Positions 27,481 to 41,537 are shown, counted from the stretch's first letter. The stretch is DNA of 64,000 nucleotides from Balanoglossus misakiensis (GCA_040954595.2 CM082592.2:3984735-4048734), one strand, 5' to 3'. Translations and numbers: made by a program. The notes: generated by a model from the sequence alone, not told the origin.

Positions 27481-30227
27481 TTCCAGTAAATGATGAGACT
27501 CTCCCAATTACAGGCAGACAGACAGATACAGAGACACATGCAGCACATATGCAAGACAGTTGCAAAACCTCAATCCGTATTTATCCTCCTAACAAACAAA
27601 TTAGTCTGTCTGTTCTTGAATTAAGAATTGATCCGAAAGCTTAGAACAAAGCTACTTTGATCCAAAACTAAAGTCCAGTAGTGTGTATGTAGTAATAATT
27701 GACCGGTAGGGTGTTTGCGTGTTAGAATCCAAACCAGATTCTGTGTTTGGTGTTGGAATCCGAAACAGATTCCAGTGGCCTACAGGTGTCACCCCTAGTG
27801 AAATATAAGTCATAACAGTCATTTCCCCCCCCCCCCCCATATTCATTTAATTCTGTTGACAATGGCAGGGGAAATGCATTAACAAACTAGAGGCTGTCAA
27901 TTTTCGGCCATATTCATTTCAAAGCAAACGTAATCACGGTGTAAAGACAACAGGGATTTCTAAAGCTTACACCCCGAGAGTCATGTTGAAGTCCAAATTC
28001 ACCAGGTAACGGGCAACTGTGATATTGATTCAGGTTGTGTTTATGTTTGGCATTAGCAAAGATAGCTATCTCAGGCTGATTTTCTGGCTGTGTGCCATTA
28101 TTGTAAGGGCCTTTTTGCACGGAAGGTACGCTCCACTTCTGGGAGTGACCCGTTCCTCATGCCTGACGGTCAAACAGCGTACCAAGTCAAGAGTTTAATA
28201 CTGGTACATCCGTGTAATACTAGAAGGGATTTTATTTTTTGGAATGCACTCCAGGGAGAGCTATTCTCCAAATCTCCATTCTTTGCTGAATGTATTGAAC
28301 TCGGGGAGCCATTTCCAAGTCTGTTTCGCTTTAATACAAGAAAAATTTACAATTGTAATTTTTGCCCTGGGAGCTTAATTTAAGCACACAGTTTTGTCAG
28401 CCATGTTGGATTTTGATCAAGTGTTTAATGGGTTTGAGGTAATCTTGTTTGCCTGAGGTTGGCGACTCTGTTGTTTAATTTCAAAGGAGAATTATTAAAG
28501 AACAGAAGTTTGCCAGCAGAGTGCTGGTTTATGAGAAAAGCTGCAGATTTCTGATGTAGGCCGGCCACTACTCCATGTCACAAGTTAGACAAAAACAGGC
28601 AGATTCATTTGATAAAAAAAACCTCAAGCACTAATTAAACAGGACATTTTCATGAAATTTTGATGATTTTATTCAGGAGTTCATAAAAATCATAATGGTG
28701 GTAGTCTTTCAATAGAAATAAATTTCTCACGGAAGCTAGTTTGCATTTCTCTTCAAATTAATATGACCTATAAATGTGTAAGTTAATGACACTGCTATAT
28801 ATGATGGCAGGTCAATGTATTTTATTTCACTTTCTGATGGGTGTATGTACAGACCGCGTTCAGAATAGAATACTGGTTGATGCAACATGGTGAGTGAGTA
28901 GAAAGCTCTGTACATATCACGTGCAGAATAGAAACCAAGATCAACTCGTCAGAAATTACAGCAATAACGTCCTTAAAATGTGAATGGCACTAACAATGTT
29001 GAAGAGAAGGTGATTGTTCGCGGTGGCTGTTGATTCGGTCGATCTCAACAGTACAGCACAGTGGGGTCCGCCTGGAGCATTCTTTCGGTGTTCCATTGGA
29101 TGCTGAGTTTGTGACAGAAACATGTGTCTGCTTCGACTTAAAAGCCGTCAGCGTGACACGTTTTGCGTCGCTGCAGAACGCTGTACAGGTAATGTACATT
29201 TGAATGCACGCCAGGAAGTCATGCTTCTGTTTGGGCCGACCAAGGTTCTTCGCGTTGACTTTGTTCATCCATTGTGATCATGTAGGCTTTTCACTTGATG
29301 TCGTAGCATCTGACAGTCAGACGAGCCTGAGATTGTGTGCTTCTTTCATGGTCCTAACATGTACAAGCTTCTCATCATATGTATGTACATGTATGATGAT
29401 CTCGCAGTCGACTTTCTTCTGTGCAAACCCTAGCTGTCGTATCTGCTGCATATCTCCTGGATAAAGCCCTTCCCAGGAGAAGTACATACAGCAGCTGCAA
29501 TGTATATTGTCATTTGTTTTATTTGGAGAAACATTATTTGGTGAAATATTTGTCATTTGTGTCATGTGTGTTAATTGAATTTTTCAAATCTGATTTAAAA
29601 TTCAATATTACTTAAAAACTGGCATTTTGCATAATGTTAAACGTTAAGGTTTTGTATACTACTGCCATCATTTCTTTTTACTTTATTAATTTTCATGCCC
29701 ATAATCTATATTTTGTGTACCATAATACAAAACAATATTGAAAGATTGAACTTGAGCCCTGTGATTGCGCCCTCTGGAGTTCAAATACTGCATTGTTAAT
29801 TTTAATAGCCAATCAGTGGTGGTGGATAGCTTGCATGTGGCAAGCCAGACGCCAGTGTCTGTTTCTAGGTTTGGAGAGTGGGATTAGTCGACAAAAACAA
29901 TAAAAAAGAAATAGTAGAATTCCCCTTTTTTTGAATAGAAGTGTCTGAGATGGACACATGGTTATTTTGAGTATATGAGCTTGTACTGTGTGGCTGTATT
30001 CAAAGAACACATGTAAAACAAATTCTGGAAAATACTGATCAAAGTATACAATTATCCTGAATGTAAAAAAAGTGTGTTGCAGACTTTCCTGAACTGAACT
30101 CGTATTGAAGTTCAGCCTGTACTGTACGGCCACATGTGTTTATTAAGAAATGCTATGATTCAAAGAAGAGACTCTAGCTCTACAAGCGCACATTTTCAAA
30201 CTGAACATCTTCCTGGTTTAATTTCAG

Positions 30228-30427
30228 GCGAACAGATGTTGGAAGAGTATGAGAACGGATCTGCTGATGAAGAGGAGGAGGAAGAGGAAGGAGAGGAAGA
30301 GGAGGGGGAAGATAGTGGGACGAGTCAGGAGGAGGAACGGAGAAAGAGTAAAACTGCGAGGAAGGTGGACCACGCCGATTACATTCTGGACAACATCGAT
30401 GAAGAGCTCCGTCATATCATTACTTCG
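30228..30427 (+). CDS. Coding exon, Glu-rich (EQMLEEYENG...IDEELRHIITS)
   Basis: TTTCAG acceptor, donor TCG|GTGAGT, 200 nt, phase 1-0. Confidence 0.9.
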
Positions 30428-30464
30428 GTGAGTTCAACTCCAGCGCGCACAAATCTTGGTAAAA

Positions 30465-30549
30465 TCACCCCTGTTTCATTCAGCAGAGGTCCACTTTTAC
30501 AATAGAAAACAATGGATTTGGACCAATCCATTGTTGTGAAAGGGTTCAA
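30465..30549. mobile_element. MITE family B, degenerate copy (reverse orientation)
   Basis: TCACCCCTGTTTC...AGAGGTCC...GTGAAAGGGTT matches the reverse complement of family B. Confidence 0.6.
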
Positions 30550-31916
30550 TGATTTGAGACGAAAAGGGTGTTCTTGTAAAAAGTGAAAATTAAGTTAATT
30601 TGCTGCCTGTTTTCATACCTGAAGCCAAGTGAAAAACAAGCAGGAATGATTTGAAATGGAAGCTCTCTCTTTGACTAACTTAGTCAGAGATCTCATAAAA
30701 ACATGTTTGGAATGTGGGTCAGAGTTTTCACTTCAAGTAGCTGTCTGTAGTTGAATGACCAATATATTGCTTGTTCTGTCATCTTATCAGATCCTTTGAC
30801 CACCTGAGAAAAATGTGCTGAACTTTAGGTCCTTCATGTGACACTCACTTCTTCTTTCACTTCCACTGGCCCCAAAAAATTATTTATCAAGAAAAATAGA
30901 TCAATACAAATCCTTCTAAGCGACTGTACGTTTTCTTTTCTGTGGTTTTTGTCGGGCGGTGTGACTTTCCATTCTGGTCGCAAAATGCGAATTAGACGAG
31001 AGAAATCACGCGCCATGGCTCTGACAAGGTGTCGGATAGGAATGTTGTCTACGAACAATGGCTGGCGCATCTTTAATTGACACCTTTCCCTGTTTTCTCC
31101 CCATATCTGTGTCTAATCGAATTCGAAGTTAATGAAAATATTTGCCTTGTCCACCTGTACTTCGGGGGATAAACACTCCAAAAAGTCTCCAATACGTCAT
31201 GCGTAGACAGAAATTCAACGCAGAACGTTCCTCAAAAACCAAGTGGTTGAACTCTAGCTTTTGAGTTATTTGTAAATGTTGCTTTCACTGTTTGTCCTAA
31301 TATCGCAGACTGAACTAAAATGTGCCGTATTTGTGTAGATTTTTGAATCAGAATTATGTAAATTATCTCAAGTTGTCTCTGCATAGTAACATTTTTGATT
31401 CAACATGGCTGCCGAGCTGTGTTAAGATTTTTTTTCGGAATTGCTTGATTTTCATGAAAACAGGGATAATTGTTTTCATTAAATTTCACCATTTCATACA
31501 AACTTGACTGGCATAAAGTTCACAAATGTTAAATAATTGGCCAGGAAGGTCTAGTCCAACTTTTACTATTCAGGTTAAGAAGAAATTCTTGATTGACTGA
31601 TTGCAGGGCACTGATACACATTTAACATTGGTGGCAGTGTTTTCGTTACAATTTCCGACAAAGGACGATTTCTGGCTTTTCAACCGGAAGACAATGCAAC
31701 ACTGCATACAGATGAAGTCTCAACACGGACAACATACTGATCAACCAATAGAATGTCCCGACAACTCACACATATTCGTTTCTCGAAACCGTGTAGTTGA
31801 ACGCGACCAGAGCGTATTGAGAAAGATCGATATTCTCCAGAATCGCACTCCCCTGTTCTCGGAAATGTACCGCGTCTCAAGTTCATAATCTTGTTCGTCA
31901 TTATTTTCAAATTCAG

Positions 31917-32019
31917 GGCGTTGTCATGGAGAAACCACGAACCAGGCAGCAACGAGAGAACCTGGCCAAGCAGGGCGTCGAATTCGACTATGACTCTGAC
32001 AACGAGAAGTCCTTATCAG
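31917..32019 (+). CDS. Coding exon (GVVMEKPRTRQQ...DSDNEKSLS)
   Basis: TTCAG acceptor, donor CAG|GTGTGT, 103 nt, phase 0-1. It exactly complements the preceding phase-0 donor. Confidence 0.85.
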
Positions 32020-32764
32020 GTGTGTTGAGTTTTTGATTTAGTTATACCGTTCTTTTTTAAAGTTGTAGTAAACTTTTCACTGTAATCTCATTCCCTCATT
32101 GTCTGTGTTGTAAGTCTCTGTAATTTTTTGTCTTGCTTCACTCGCACAAATCATTAAAATTTACAAACACAAAATGCGAAACGGAAAGAGCAAAACAAAA
32201 AAATGGGGTAAGGTACCGGTAGTGTTATCTCCTCGAGAAAAAGTGGTACGCACTTGGTTGGGTGATTGACTTGGGATTTCAATGATGTGTTTGTATTCTC
32301 TCACATAGGGAGCTCCTAGAATTAAAACAATTCTAGTCACCCTCTCACTTGTTGACTTACTTTTTCACTGAAAATATAATAAATTCTCTTTTTACTGAAA
32401 ATATAAATTCTCGTATGAAAAAGCTAGCTCAAAAAATAATCAGCCTTGATCTATGTATAAATATTGTATCCTATCGCATGCATTTATACAATATGGCTTC
32501 TTTTTTAAAATTAATGTTTTCTTGACGTTTTAATAATTAATATCTAACTAGAGCAGACTTATCCTATCAAAGCATCCTTGAGAAAAATTCCGGCCCTCAA
32601 CTTTGGCATTTTTGCTGCTGTTTAAATAAAAAATGCACCTCACAAAGCTGCTTGGAATATCACTGCTGCAAGAATGGCTTTGCTACCCCCAAAAAAAAAA
32701 AAAAATTCCCAGCTCGACGGCATCGTCAATTTTTAGGAATGTCATAATTTTGTTTTCCTCGTAG

Positions 32765-32875
32765 TCCGATCTTCCCAAAGAATGACCTCTGACACGGGAA
32801 CCATGGATACCGGTCTGGGTAGTGGCAGTATGGTAGATGAGTACGGCTCCTCTGATATGGAGAATGGGCACTTTG
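32765..32875 (+). CDS. Coding exon (RSSQRMTSDTGT...DMENGHF)
   Basis: TTTTCCTCGTAG acceptor, donor G|GTAAGG, 111 nt, phase 1-1. Confidence 0.85.
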
Positions 32876-33650
32876 GTAAGGCAGCTAGCTTTAGCTTTGC
32901 TGTGTCTCTCTCATCTTCTCATGTCAAAGAAAATGCAGACGGCTTTGCAAGGGTGTTTTTCGCGAACCAGCTCTCTGTCAAGTACCTGTTTTAGTGTGTG
33001 TTTTGTTTGTTTTTGGCATTGTTTTTCAATGTTTTGTTGTTCTGTAAAAAAAAAGGAAAAAACGGTAAATTTTCACATATTTCTAGTTTGAAAGTACAGT
33101 ACATAATGCATGGTATTATTAGCCAAATCACAAAATAAGGAAAGTACAATAGCATTAGTATGTGTTGTGCAAATGCAACATACATGAAACAAAGATTTGT
33201 TTATTTCCAGATCATTGTCTATTTTGTATCCTTGAGTTTCTAAGATCCAAATTTTAAGTTTGGAACTTCCAAGACACTGAAATTAAAAAGAAAAAAAGTT
33301 TGTTTGTCTCATATCAGCTTCATTCAGAAATGTCTTCGGTCACTCCTCCAATCCCCCTCCCCTTCCCCTTAGTCCCCCCTCAGAAACTATCAGGTCATTG
33401 TAGTCCTGTATGCTAGCTGCCACTGTACCCATTATCCACTCAACCATCATAGTATCCATTGAGCTGCTCAAAACGCTATCATCAACTCATCAGGTTAAAC
33501 AAATAAAGCCAGCAGTGCAAATCATCATTCATATAAAAAGATACAGTCATGGTGTAAAACAATAACAATATTAACATTGTCGATGGCTGTACAATTGTTG
33601 CCAACCAAAGAGAAATTTCAAATTGATTTATTGTAAACTCTTGTTTTCAG

Positions 33651-33740
33651 AAACGCCGAGAACAGATGACACAACAACTGATGCCGACTCGGAATTTTTC
33701 AAACAGCAATTGCGGCATGCAGTAGAAGCCAAAGCGAGAG
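33651..33740 (+). CDS. Coding exon (TPRTDDTTTDADSEFFKQQLRHAVEAKAR)
   Basis: TTGTTTTCAG acceptor, donor AG|GTAAAT, 90 nt, phase 1-1. Confidence 0.85.
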
Positions 33741-35859
33741 GTAAATACTATCGAAAAATTCAATTCGCAAGTGGTGTATTGTTTTTGTGCCTGTATAAGC
33801 CTGTTGATATATGTTTCAAGTGTTATGCATTGATCTGTGTGCTTTCAAATTTGCCTGTTGTGCTATGAGTTTTGTATGTTTGTTTGCATTTCCGCCGTTA
33901 GCCTGTGTTCTGTTATTGCTGTAGGTCTCAGTCTTGTCATGATCGATGTTATGTGCGTGTATGTTTGTGTGTTTATAGTATGTTTGCTGTTTGTTTGTTT
34001 GTTTGTTTGCAAAAACTTTCACCTTCTTCCATGTAATGTGTAAACATCATGTCATGTCTTTGGTGTTCTTTTTGTAATATTAATGTTCTCTGGAAATGAA
34101 TTGTCGATTAGTGCGTAACCATATTGGGATGAGGTCAGAGGTCATATTTTATAGGGAAGGGGTCATTTGGACCGACTTTTCGTTGATGACCTTTGACCTC
34201 ACCTGTTCCAAAATGGCCACCATTACCATGCAATTCATCAAAACCATCTAGTGGTGTAATGTTCTAAACTTATATTGTGCACACACTTCCTTTGCTCTTC
34301 AATCAAATAATATCAAATTCTGATTAGGCAACATAGTTGTCATACATGAAATGCACATTTTATTTCAGTTTAATCTGCAAACCCATCAAATATTGAAGGA
34401 TTTTTTTCCATCATTTGCATGTATTTAATTCTCAAGTAATATTTTATAACACTGTTTCACTTGAAGCTCTTACAATAAAACAGTCTCACTTTTTACACAT
34501 TCACCGCAATCCCCTGTGAGTGGCTCTTTCTAATTTTAGAAAACCATAAAAAAATTTCATACTAATATTAATATTATACAAGGGAATAATAGGGATGTTC
34601 AGAGTGCATGATAAATCAACAAATGTTATGCTGATTATGAAGAATGACTTGCCCCCACTCTCACTGTCATTCCCAAATTCCATAATTAATGGACTGACAT
34701 AGATGTTATGTGGGTCGCTTCAACTGTGGAGGTGTAAAATACTTATAATCATTTTTTTTAAAAACGCATGTGAATAACAGTAATGTATAAACGCTCAGTA
34801 ATGAAAACTGATTCCTTCGGTTTCAAGCAGCATTTCATCATAATTGTAACTTTGGAGTTCATTAATCGCAAGACGTAATGGCACTTCAAGCAATTCATGC
34901 TCAAATACTGGTCTTATATATTAATGGGACTGTAATATGTAGGGTTGTAAGCATTTACTGATGCAGATACAACATCATTTTCCTGTGTTGGGAATTAATG
35001 ACCTTCAATTCAAGACTCTGCATGACAAACACTATACAGGCTTAATAATATAGCATTCATGCAATCGGACATATCACATATGCAAGTATGTATGCATTAC
35101 AGTAATATTGGCTCATTTTCTGGTGTGGCCGTGCACGTAACACTACAGAGTTCAAGAAAAAGGAATCACAAAGTACGAAAGGACAGATTTTTGTCACGTA
35201 CATCCTCTTATTTCTCATTCATTAATTTAAAACCTTGTAATGTTAACACTTTTATCATCACTAACACAATTAAAATGTCATTTTTTTCATAATCACTAAC
35301 ATCACAATTGTTTACCATTTATAGTCTTTCCGTTTGTGGATTCTCATGTCAGCTCAGAAGGTATTAAATGCTAGTAACACCTTTGTGAAGAGAATGACTG
35401 TGTTTATGTGTTGTGTAGTCCATGAGCTCTTCATTTTTCACAACAGATGTCTGAGTTTGATATGCATAATTGTATTCTGTTTAACCTGACAAAGGAACGA
35501 AATTGGCCAAAATATTTGTTGAAAAGATTCAACAAGTTTCATTTTCTCCATTTTTGCGATGAGGTTTCCTTAGATTTCTGGACAAAAAATTTATAACAAT
35601 TGTGCAGGTTATTGTGAAAATTTGAAGAACTCAAGGAAATTTCAAGCATGAAAAAACCACGAGTGATGCTGGGTTTTTTTGGTTGGGTCAATTTCCTTCT
35701 TTGCATGATGAGCGGTGAGCATGCGTTTTCTTCCTTCCTTCCTTCCTGTTGTAATTCCAAGCACACCTTTCAGTTTTCCACTCACTCTCAAAAACCTCTG
35801 CACAGTTAAAAGGATTTCTCGGTAACGGAAAATCTTGCACCCTTTTCTGTGGTTTCCAG

Positions 35860-37179
35860 ACGGTGATCACAGCAGCCCTAGTAACGGTGACGGAGAGACT
35901 CCCGCCGAGTCGCACGGTTCCGAGCGGACCGGGTCCACCTCCTCTTCCACTAACACCCTCGATAATGAATCTAATCCCTCGGAACCCGCCCCTCTGAATC
36001 ATCAGCCAGCTAACAAACCCGTTGCTGCAACTTCTTCTAAACCCTCTGCGTCTGCACGTGTGAAACTGGCGACTGTGGCGGATGTGTGCGAGGAGGCGGA
36101 GGATGAGTACGCACCAGGTGATTCTGTGCACTTTATAGATCAGAGCAATCTGGCTAACGGGAGCGAGTTCGACGACGAGGATCTGGACCGCCACCTGGAT
36201 GCGAAAGTGGAGGCGGCCGTGGAGAAGCTGCTGTCGAGGCTGAGCGACGCGAACCCGACGTACCTGGATTCGCCGCGGACGGCCGACAGCGCCACGGACA
36301 GGGAGGAGACACCCCGGCAACACGCCAGCAAGCCGCCATCGGGCACGAGAACCAGCAGTAAGAGCGGCGGCAAAGCCAAGTCCTCGCCCAAGAAGAAAAC
36401 CAGCAGGGGAAGCGCGAAGAAAGCGGAAACCATCCCGGAGATTTACGAGAACGGCGCGATGGACGACGGCGAAGTCGAGCACCAGGCACCGCGAGAGGCC
36501 CGGTCCCAGTCTCCGGACGGAACAATGGTGGCCAAGGGCGTCATGGACCCCAAGCAAGGGTTCGTGCCCCGGGAGATCGCCCGCGTCAAGAAGGTCAGTC
36601 GGCACAGTGACACCGAGTCGGTGGCCACCGAGGACTTTGAGAACCTCTTCCGCGACGCCATGGTGGTCGAGAGCGTCCCCAACGGGAGGGGCAGGGGTCC
36701 CACGGGGAAGCCCAGCTCGTTCCTGGTGCGACGGATGGGCAGCGACACCGAGTCCGTCGTCACCGTGGCGACTGACAAGTTCGAGGAGAAATTCCACGAC
36801 ATCATGACGAAGGAGCTCGACGGCGCCGAGAGGAAGCCCAGGAAGAACCCGTCCCCGGGCCCGTCGCCGGTGAAGGCCACTTACATTCCGTCCCGGTCCC
36901 CGCCCGTGAAGCTCACAAGAAGCAGCTCCAATCCGCCCACGTCCGTCTCCTTGCTGAAATCCATGGCGTCCTCAAAAGACCGCTCAAGATCAATGTCGCC
37001 ACCTGTCAAACCCCAGAAGAAGTACATGGTCGTGACTGCTGGCCATCAGCCCAGAAGCTCATCGCCATTGCCCCTTGGAAGGCCAATGAAAAAAGCCAAA
37101 TCGTATGATGATATGGAGTCCGTCCAGACAGAAGATTACATGTCTCGGTATATAGGCTCAATGGTGCATCAAAAAATAG
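35860..37179 (+). CDS. Large 1320-nt coding exon, Ser/Pro/Lys-rich low complexity, with three SDxESV-type repeats
   Basis: Core of ORF 35835-37184. TTTCCAG acceptor, donor AG|GTTAAT, phase 1-1, strongly GC3-biased codons in the middle. Confidence 0.92.
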
Positions 37180-37184
37180 GTTAA

Positions 37185-37285
37185 TATTTTTATTTTATTT
37201 TCTTAAATATTAATAAATAAATAAAATAAATAAATAAATAAATAAAAATAAATAAATAAAAAAAAGTAAATAAATAAAAGTAACT
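37185..37285. repeat. (AAAT)n / AT-rich microsatellite
   Basis: Tandem AATA units and a TTTTA tract just after the large exon donor. Confidence 0.8.
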
Positions 37286-39793
37286 AAAATGCTAACATTT
37301 TACTTTTTAAGTAACGTAAGCATGGTAATATCTCTATATGTACTGTGTCATCGACGTAATAATACATGTACAGGTTGGCTCATCAAATTAGCCATTCAGA
37401 CTTAATTGTATTTGTTTGGTTTGAAAAAAAAAACTTATGATTCAACAATTTTGATGCAACCTCATTGGTAAAATATTTACCATTGTTTCTCAAAAGCAAT
37501 CAAAATGGCCAAACTGATGCAAGGAACTGGTAAGTTCTTGCACAAGTATACTTGCATGTTTTATTCTGCTGTAGCGCATTGAAATTTGATGTGGCCCGAT
37601 ACTTGTGTGACGGCATGATATTATTTTGGAGGCATTTGGGATATTTTCTGAAAAATGGGAGTGGGCCGGCATGCTGTTGCCAAAACATGTCCCCGTTTGA
37701 AGCTGCATGCAATATAGACCCCCATGGTTGTTTTCTTAGAGTGACAGACAGACAGACAGATAGATAGACACATGAATGGCGATCGCACACATTTTTTTCT
37801 GGTGTCGAACGACAAAAAGAACAGCTCTGGGAATTTTTCTGAGACTGTGCTAGTCTTGTTTGCATGTACAAAAGAAGTGACATCTGATTAAAAAAGATCT
37901 TCAGGTATATCTCCTTTCGTCCGTAATCATGAAAATGCTACATTTCTTGAATCGGATCAGCAGAGTTCTTTCCCCGCAGCACCTTTGTCATTCCATACTT
38001 TCTGAAGCTTATCCGGAATCATACCTCGGTACGGTGTAAGGACTCTTTAAGAACTTGAATACTTCATTGAAAATGATGCAAATTGATTTTCTTTCATGTA
38101 TGTACTGATTGCTGCCTTTCTGAGACACGGTCCTGTCATCAAGAAAGTGGATCCAAGTTTTTGAGAGAGAAAAATCTATGTGTAATTAAACGCCAAGTTT
38201 CGTTCTGAAGTTTATAATAATACCCCTCTTTAGTTACCATAGTAACATATGCATCAGCTGAGTACGGATGAAAAGGTGTGCATCTAAATCCAAGGAGGAA
38301 AGTGATGAGCAAGGCAAGAGTCCTTGAACCGAAATTGTCAGTTAGGCTTTGGATTATGTCTGTAGTAATCATAAGGAACTTCAGTGATTGGAGACCTCGG
38401 GTCTGTCACTGGTAACAGAACTGAAATACCTTGAAAATGACAGCACCCTGAATGCGTGTGTCAGTAAAGAATAATCTCTCCTACGACTTACCTCGGACGA
38501 GCAAAATGGATTCATAAAGCCAGATCTAGATATAAATAATGGAGGTTCATGCCCTGTTTTCTCTACTAAGTTGACTGTATTCAGAGTCATAAAACGGAAT
38601 TTTCAAATAATTATTTTAATATACCTTTTCATTCAGAATAATTGGCGCATAACTTTTTTACCAAGAATACTTGGCATCTAAGTGAACAATCTGATACTAC
38701 TATTAAATAAATCGGGCAACAAGATAGGATATGAAAATTAATTTCTTGAAATATCTTGTTTTTTAAATGTTTGCTTCTGACTTTGATAGCATGAGATAGA
38801 CTGTCACCTTCTACAAACCTCTTTTAATTCATGTTTTTGTGTTAATGGCTGTCCTCTTTTCGTTGTACAAAATCATATTCTTATATAGATTTTAAAAATG
38901 GCTTCTGTCTTTCTTCTTTATTTCCCATTTGCCTGTGCATGGTGTTAAGCATGTATATTGCTGTGTAATTAATTCTAGCGTAGTCCTTCATTACTTCTTT
39001 GACAGCTGTGCGAAGAATACTCAAGTTTGTCTATGTACGACTGATAGCTGAATCCCGAATTCAAAAGCTGGCTCTCTTTCAGCCTGCAGATGAATAAATT
39101 GTTCTTTTAGCGAAGGGTCGTGCAGCCATTATCTTAGATTTTTTGTTGTGAAGACGCATAGAATTTGAATAACGTTGAATATAAATCGTACTCAGCAGAT
39201 CCATCGGAAATGAGCATATGCCATGAGTGCGTCTTGACTGCTTTTTTTGGTTGCATTGTCCGCACGCTACAAATTGGGAAGTTTTAGTCTAATTGGCGAC
39301 ACCGTTCTTGATTAAGTTACATATTCTAGAAACGAATCCTCTGAACGGGTGAATGGAGAGTTCTGTGAATAACATGCATCGTCAGGGATCGTGATAGCTG
39401 AGAAGTTGTTGAGCAAGTACTTTAGGTTTATTGACAGGGTTCTCCATGATCAATGAGGAGTTTTTCTTCGCACGGACCCTCCAAGCTCCTTACGGGTGAA
39501 AAGAGTCTTGGGCTGTGATATGTATAAGAGCTGCTATTATGTTACAAAAAATAGCACAAAGAAGCCAACAACTGAATTTCATGCCCTGTATAGATCGCAA
39601 TTCCAGAATGAAAAGATAATACCGTTAGAATCTCGGGAAAAATACTTACCGTATTTGCGTTTTGACCAGTTTCCATGGAAATGACTATCCCCGATGAATC
39701 GTGGAGCCTCGCTTAATCCCTCTTGGATACAGGGTTACGCGAAACAAGATACCCGTGATTTAATAGAAGTTGGAATTAAATTGGAAAATCACA

Positions 39794-39986
39794 TACAGTA
39801 CTCCGCATGGAACCGAAAGAAAAATAACGCGGTTAATTTCTCTAAAACGAGAGCGCTGGTTATATAATTATGCGGTTGTACGGTTCAAAGATAATCGTCG
39901 GAGTGAGCACATATTGGCAATGCTCAAAGTAAATTCACTTAAATACCAATTGTTTGCACTTTAAACAATATGGGGAGGTACTTGTA
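39794..39986. mobile_element. Possible old TA-flanked MITE remnant
   Basis: TACAGTACTCCGCAT at the left end resembles the reverse complement of ATGGGGAGGTACTTGTA at the right end; degenerate. Confidence 0.3.
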
Positions 39987-40917
39987 ATGAAGGTTTTTCG
40001 GGATAGGAAAAATAATCATCGTTCATTTTTGTCATTCAAGGATCAGTGACATTTACATTTCAGTTTCCTGTTCTGTTCGTTAAAATGCCCTTTTTTACTT
40101 TTTTATTTGTAAACATTTATAAATTTTCAGATACTTCTGTTGAAATATTACATTAAAATGCCTGATTTTAGTAAATTTATGTGGGAGTAAGCTAGCAACA
40201 GGGATATAGTTTAATCCTGGAATGTCATTTTTGAAGAGAAAGGGGATCTTAATTCTTTGATCACGAAACTGATCTTAATATATGTATATGTATGACAGGA
40301 AAGGGTGCGTGCAAATCACAATATAAAGGGTGGAGTGAATTCACAACATCTTGTTGGCTTTTGATTTTAATACAAAAAAGAACAGTTGTCATGGTGATGG
40401 AAAAATATTGTCAGAATTGCCAACAGCAAGCCAGTGCTCTTTTTGTATATTTTATTATATGTTTCCGTGAGAACCTGATAGATGTTCCAGTTAGGCCAAG
40501 TTAGGGGTTAGTTGCTCACCAAATCATAGGAACACACTCAATATTCAAATATTTAGGCTGTATAACGTAGATATATGTAAAGACATATGAAGACATTGAT
40601 GACTGTCATGACATAGTGTATTGTAGAATTATTTTGCATAGATAGATAGTAAATAGTGCAAAAGCTGATCTTGTGAAGCCATACAACGCTAAGCGGAACT
40701 CGCATGCAAATAACTTTCTACATGAAATGAATGTAACATATACTAAAGATGACAGGTGAAGCTTATGTCAGCATGCACATGAAAAATGTATTACCAAAAC
40801 AGTGCATGTATATAGATTTAACATGAAGAGTTAATTTTAACGTGATAATTTGCACTGTTATGGCTGGCTGGCTGAAAAAAATGTGCAATAGAAATTTTTG
40901 AGTGACATTATAATTGA

Positions 40918-41014
40918 TACTGTACTGTACTGTACTGTACTGTACTGTACTGTACTTTACTGTACTGTACTGTACTGTACTGTACTGTACTGTACTGTAC
41001 TGTACTGTACTGTA
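40918..41014. repeat. (TACTG)n pentanucleotide microsatellite
   Basis: About 19 near-perfect units. Confidence 0.95.
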
Positions 41015-41327
41015 TCTTCTTGAAGACCTCACAGATACCTCCTTTAAGAATAGAACTAGTCAGGCCAGAAGGACTGCATTATCTTTTCATACTGTGTAGG
41101 CGCATCAGGGAATAGGAATTTTTTTCATGAAAATCAAATCAAATTTACATGCAAGGCAGCTAGTGGCCATCAGCTTACCTATGGCGGGGATTTTGTGAAT
41201 AAATGTTCCGATTGTCGACCGGGTACGGTAAACAAAATGGAGAAATGTACACCAGTGTCGTGTAATCCACTCTACTGAAGCGACCGAACGACAACTCACT
41301 GTTATTTTTGCCCCTTTGCGCTCCCAG

Positions 41328-41537
41328 ATCCTCTACCGGTGTACATCAGACGGAGCAAGCCCGGATCGCCGGGCAGCGACGCCGAGTCCGTGATGACGGA
41401 GGACTACGAGAACAGCTTCCGGCAGATGGTGGTGAAGCAGGTGGCCGGCGTTCCCATCACCAGCTTCGAGGATGTGTACATCGCCAGCGATTTGGATTCC
41501 GTCAAGACCGGGGAAATCCACAAAGCAATCGGCCAAG
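41328..41537 (+). CDS. Coding exon (PLPVYIRRSK...SDAESVMTEDYENSFRQMVV...HKAIGQ)
   Basis: CTCCCAG acceptor, donor AAG|GTATGA, 210 nt, phase 1-1, GC3-rich, carries the repeat motif. Confidence 0.9.

Noticed and set aside
27185-27565. Poly-His/poly-Ile minus-strand ORF
   Set aside because: It is the translation of the (GAT)n microsatellite.
33675-33710. DADSEFFKQQ as an FFAT (VAP-binding) motif
   Set aside because: It lacks the DAxE part of EFFDAxE and fits the local helical repeat better.
35688-36797. 369-aa minus-strand ORF and other ORFs overlapping the large exon
   Set aside because: In-register antisense shadow of a GC3-rich coding exon, with no independent splice signals or domain.
40763-41099. 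YSTVQ / YCTVL repeat ORFs, superficially array-like
   Set aside because: Pure (TACTG)n microsatellite with no spacers, so it is neither CRISPR nor coding.
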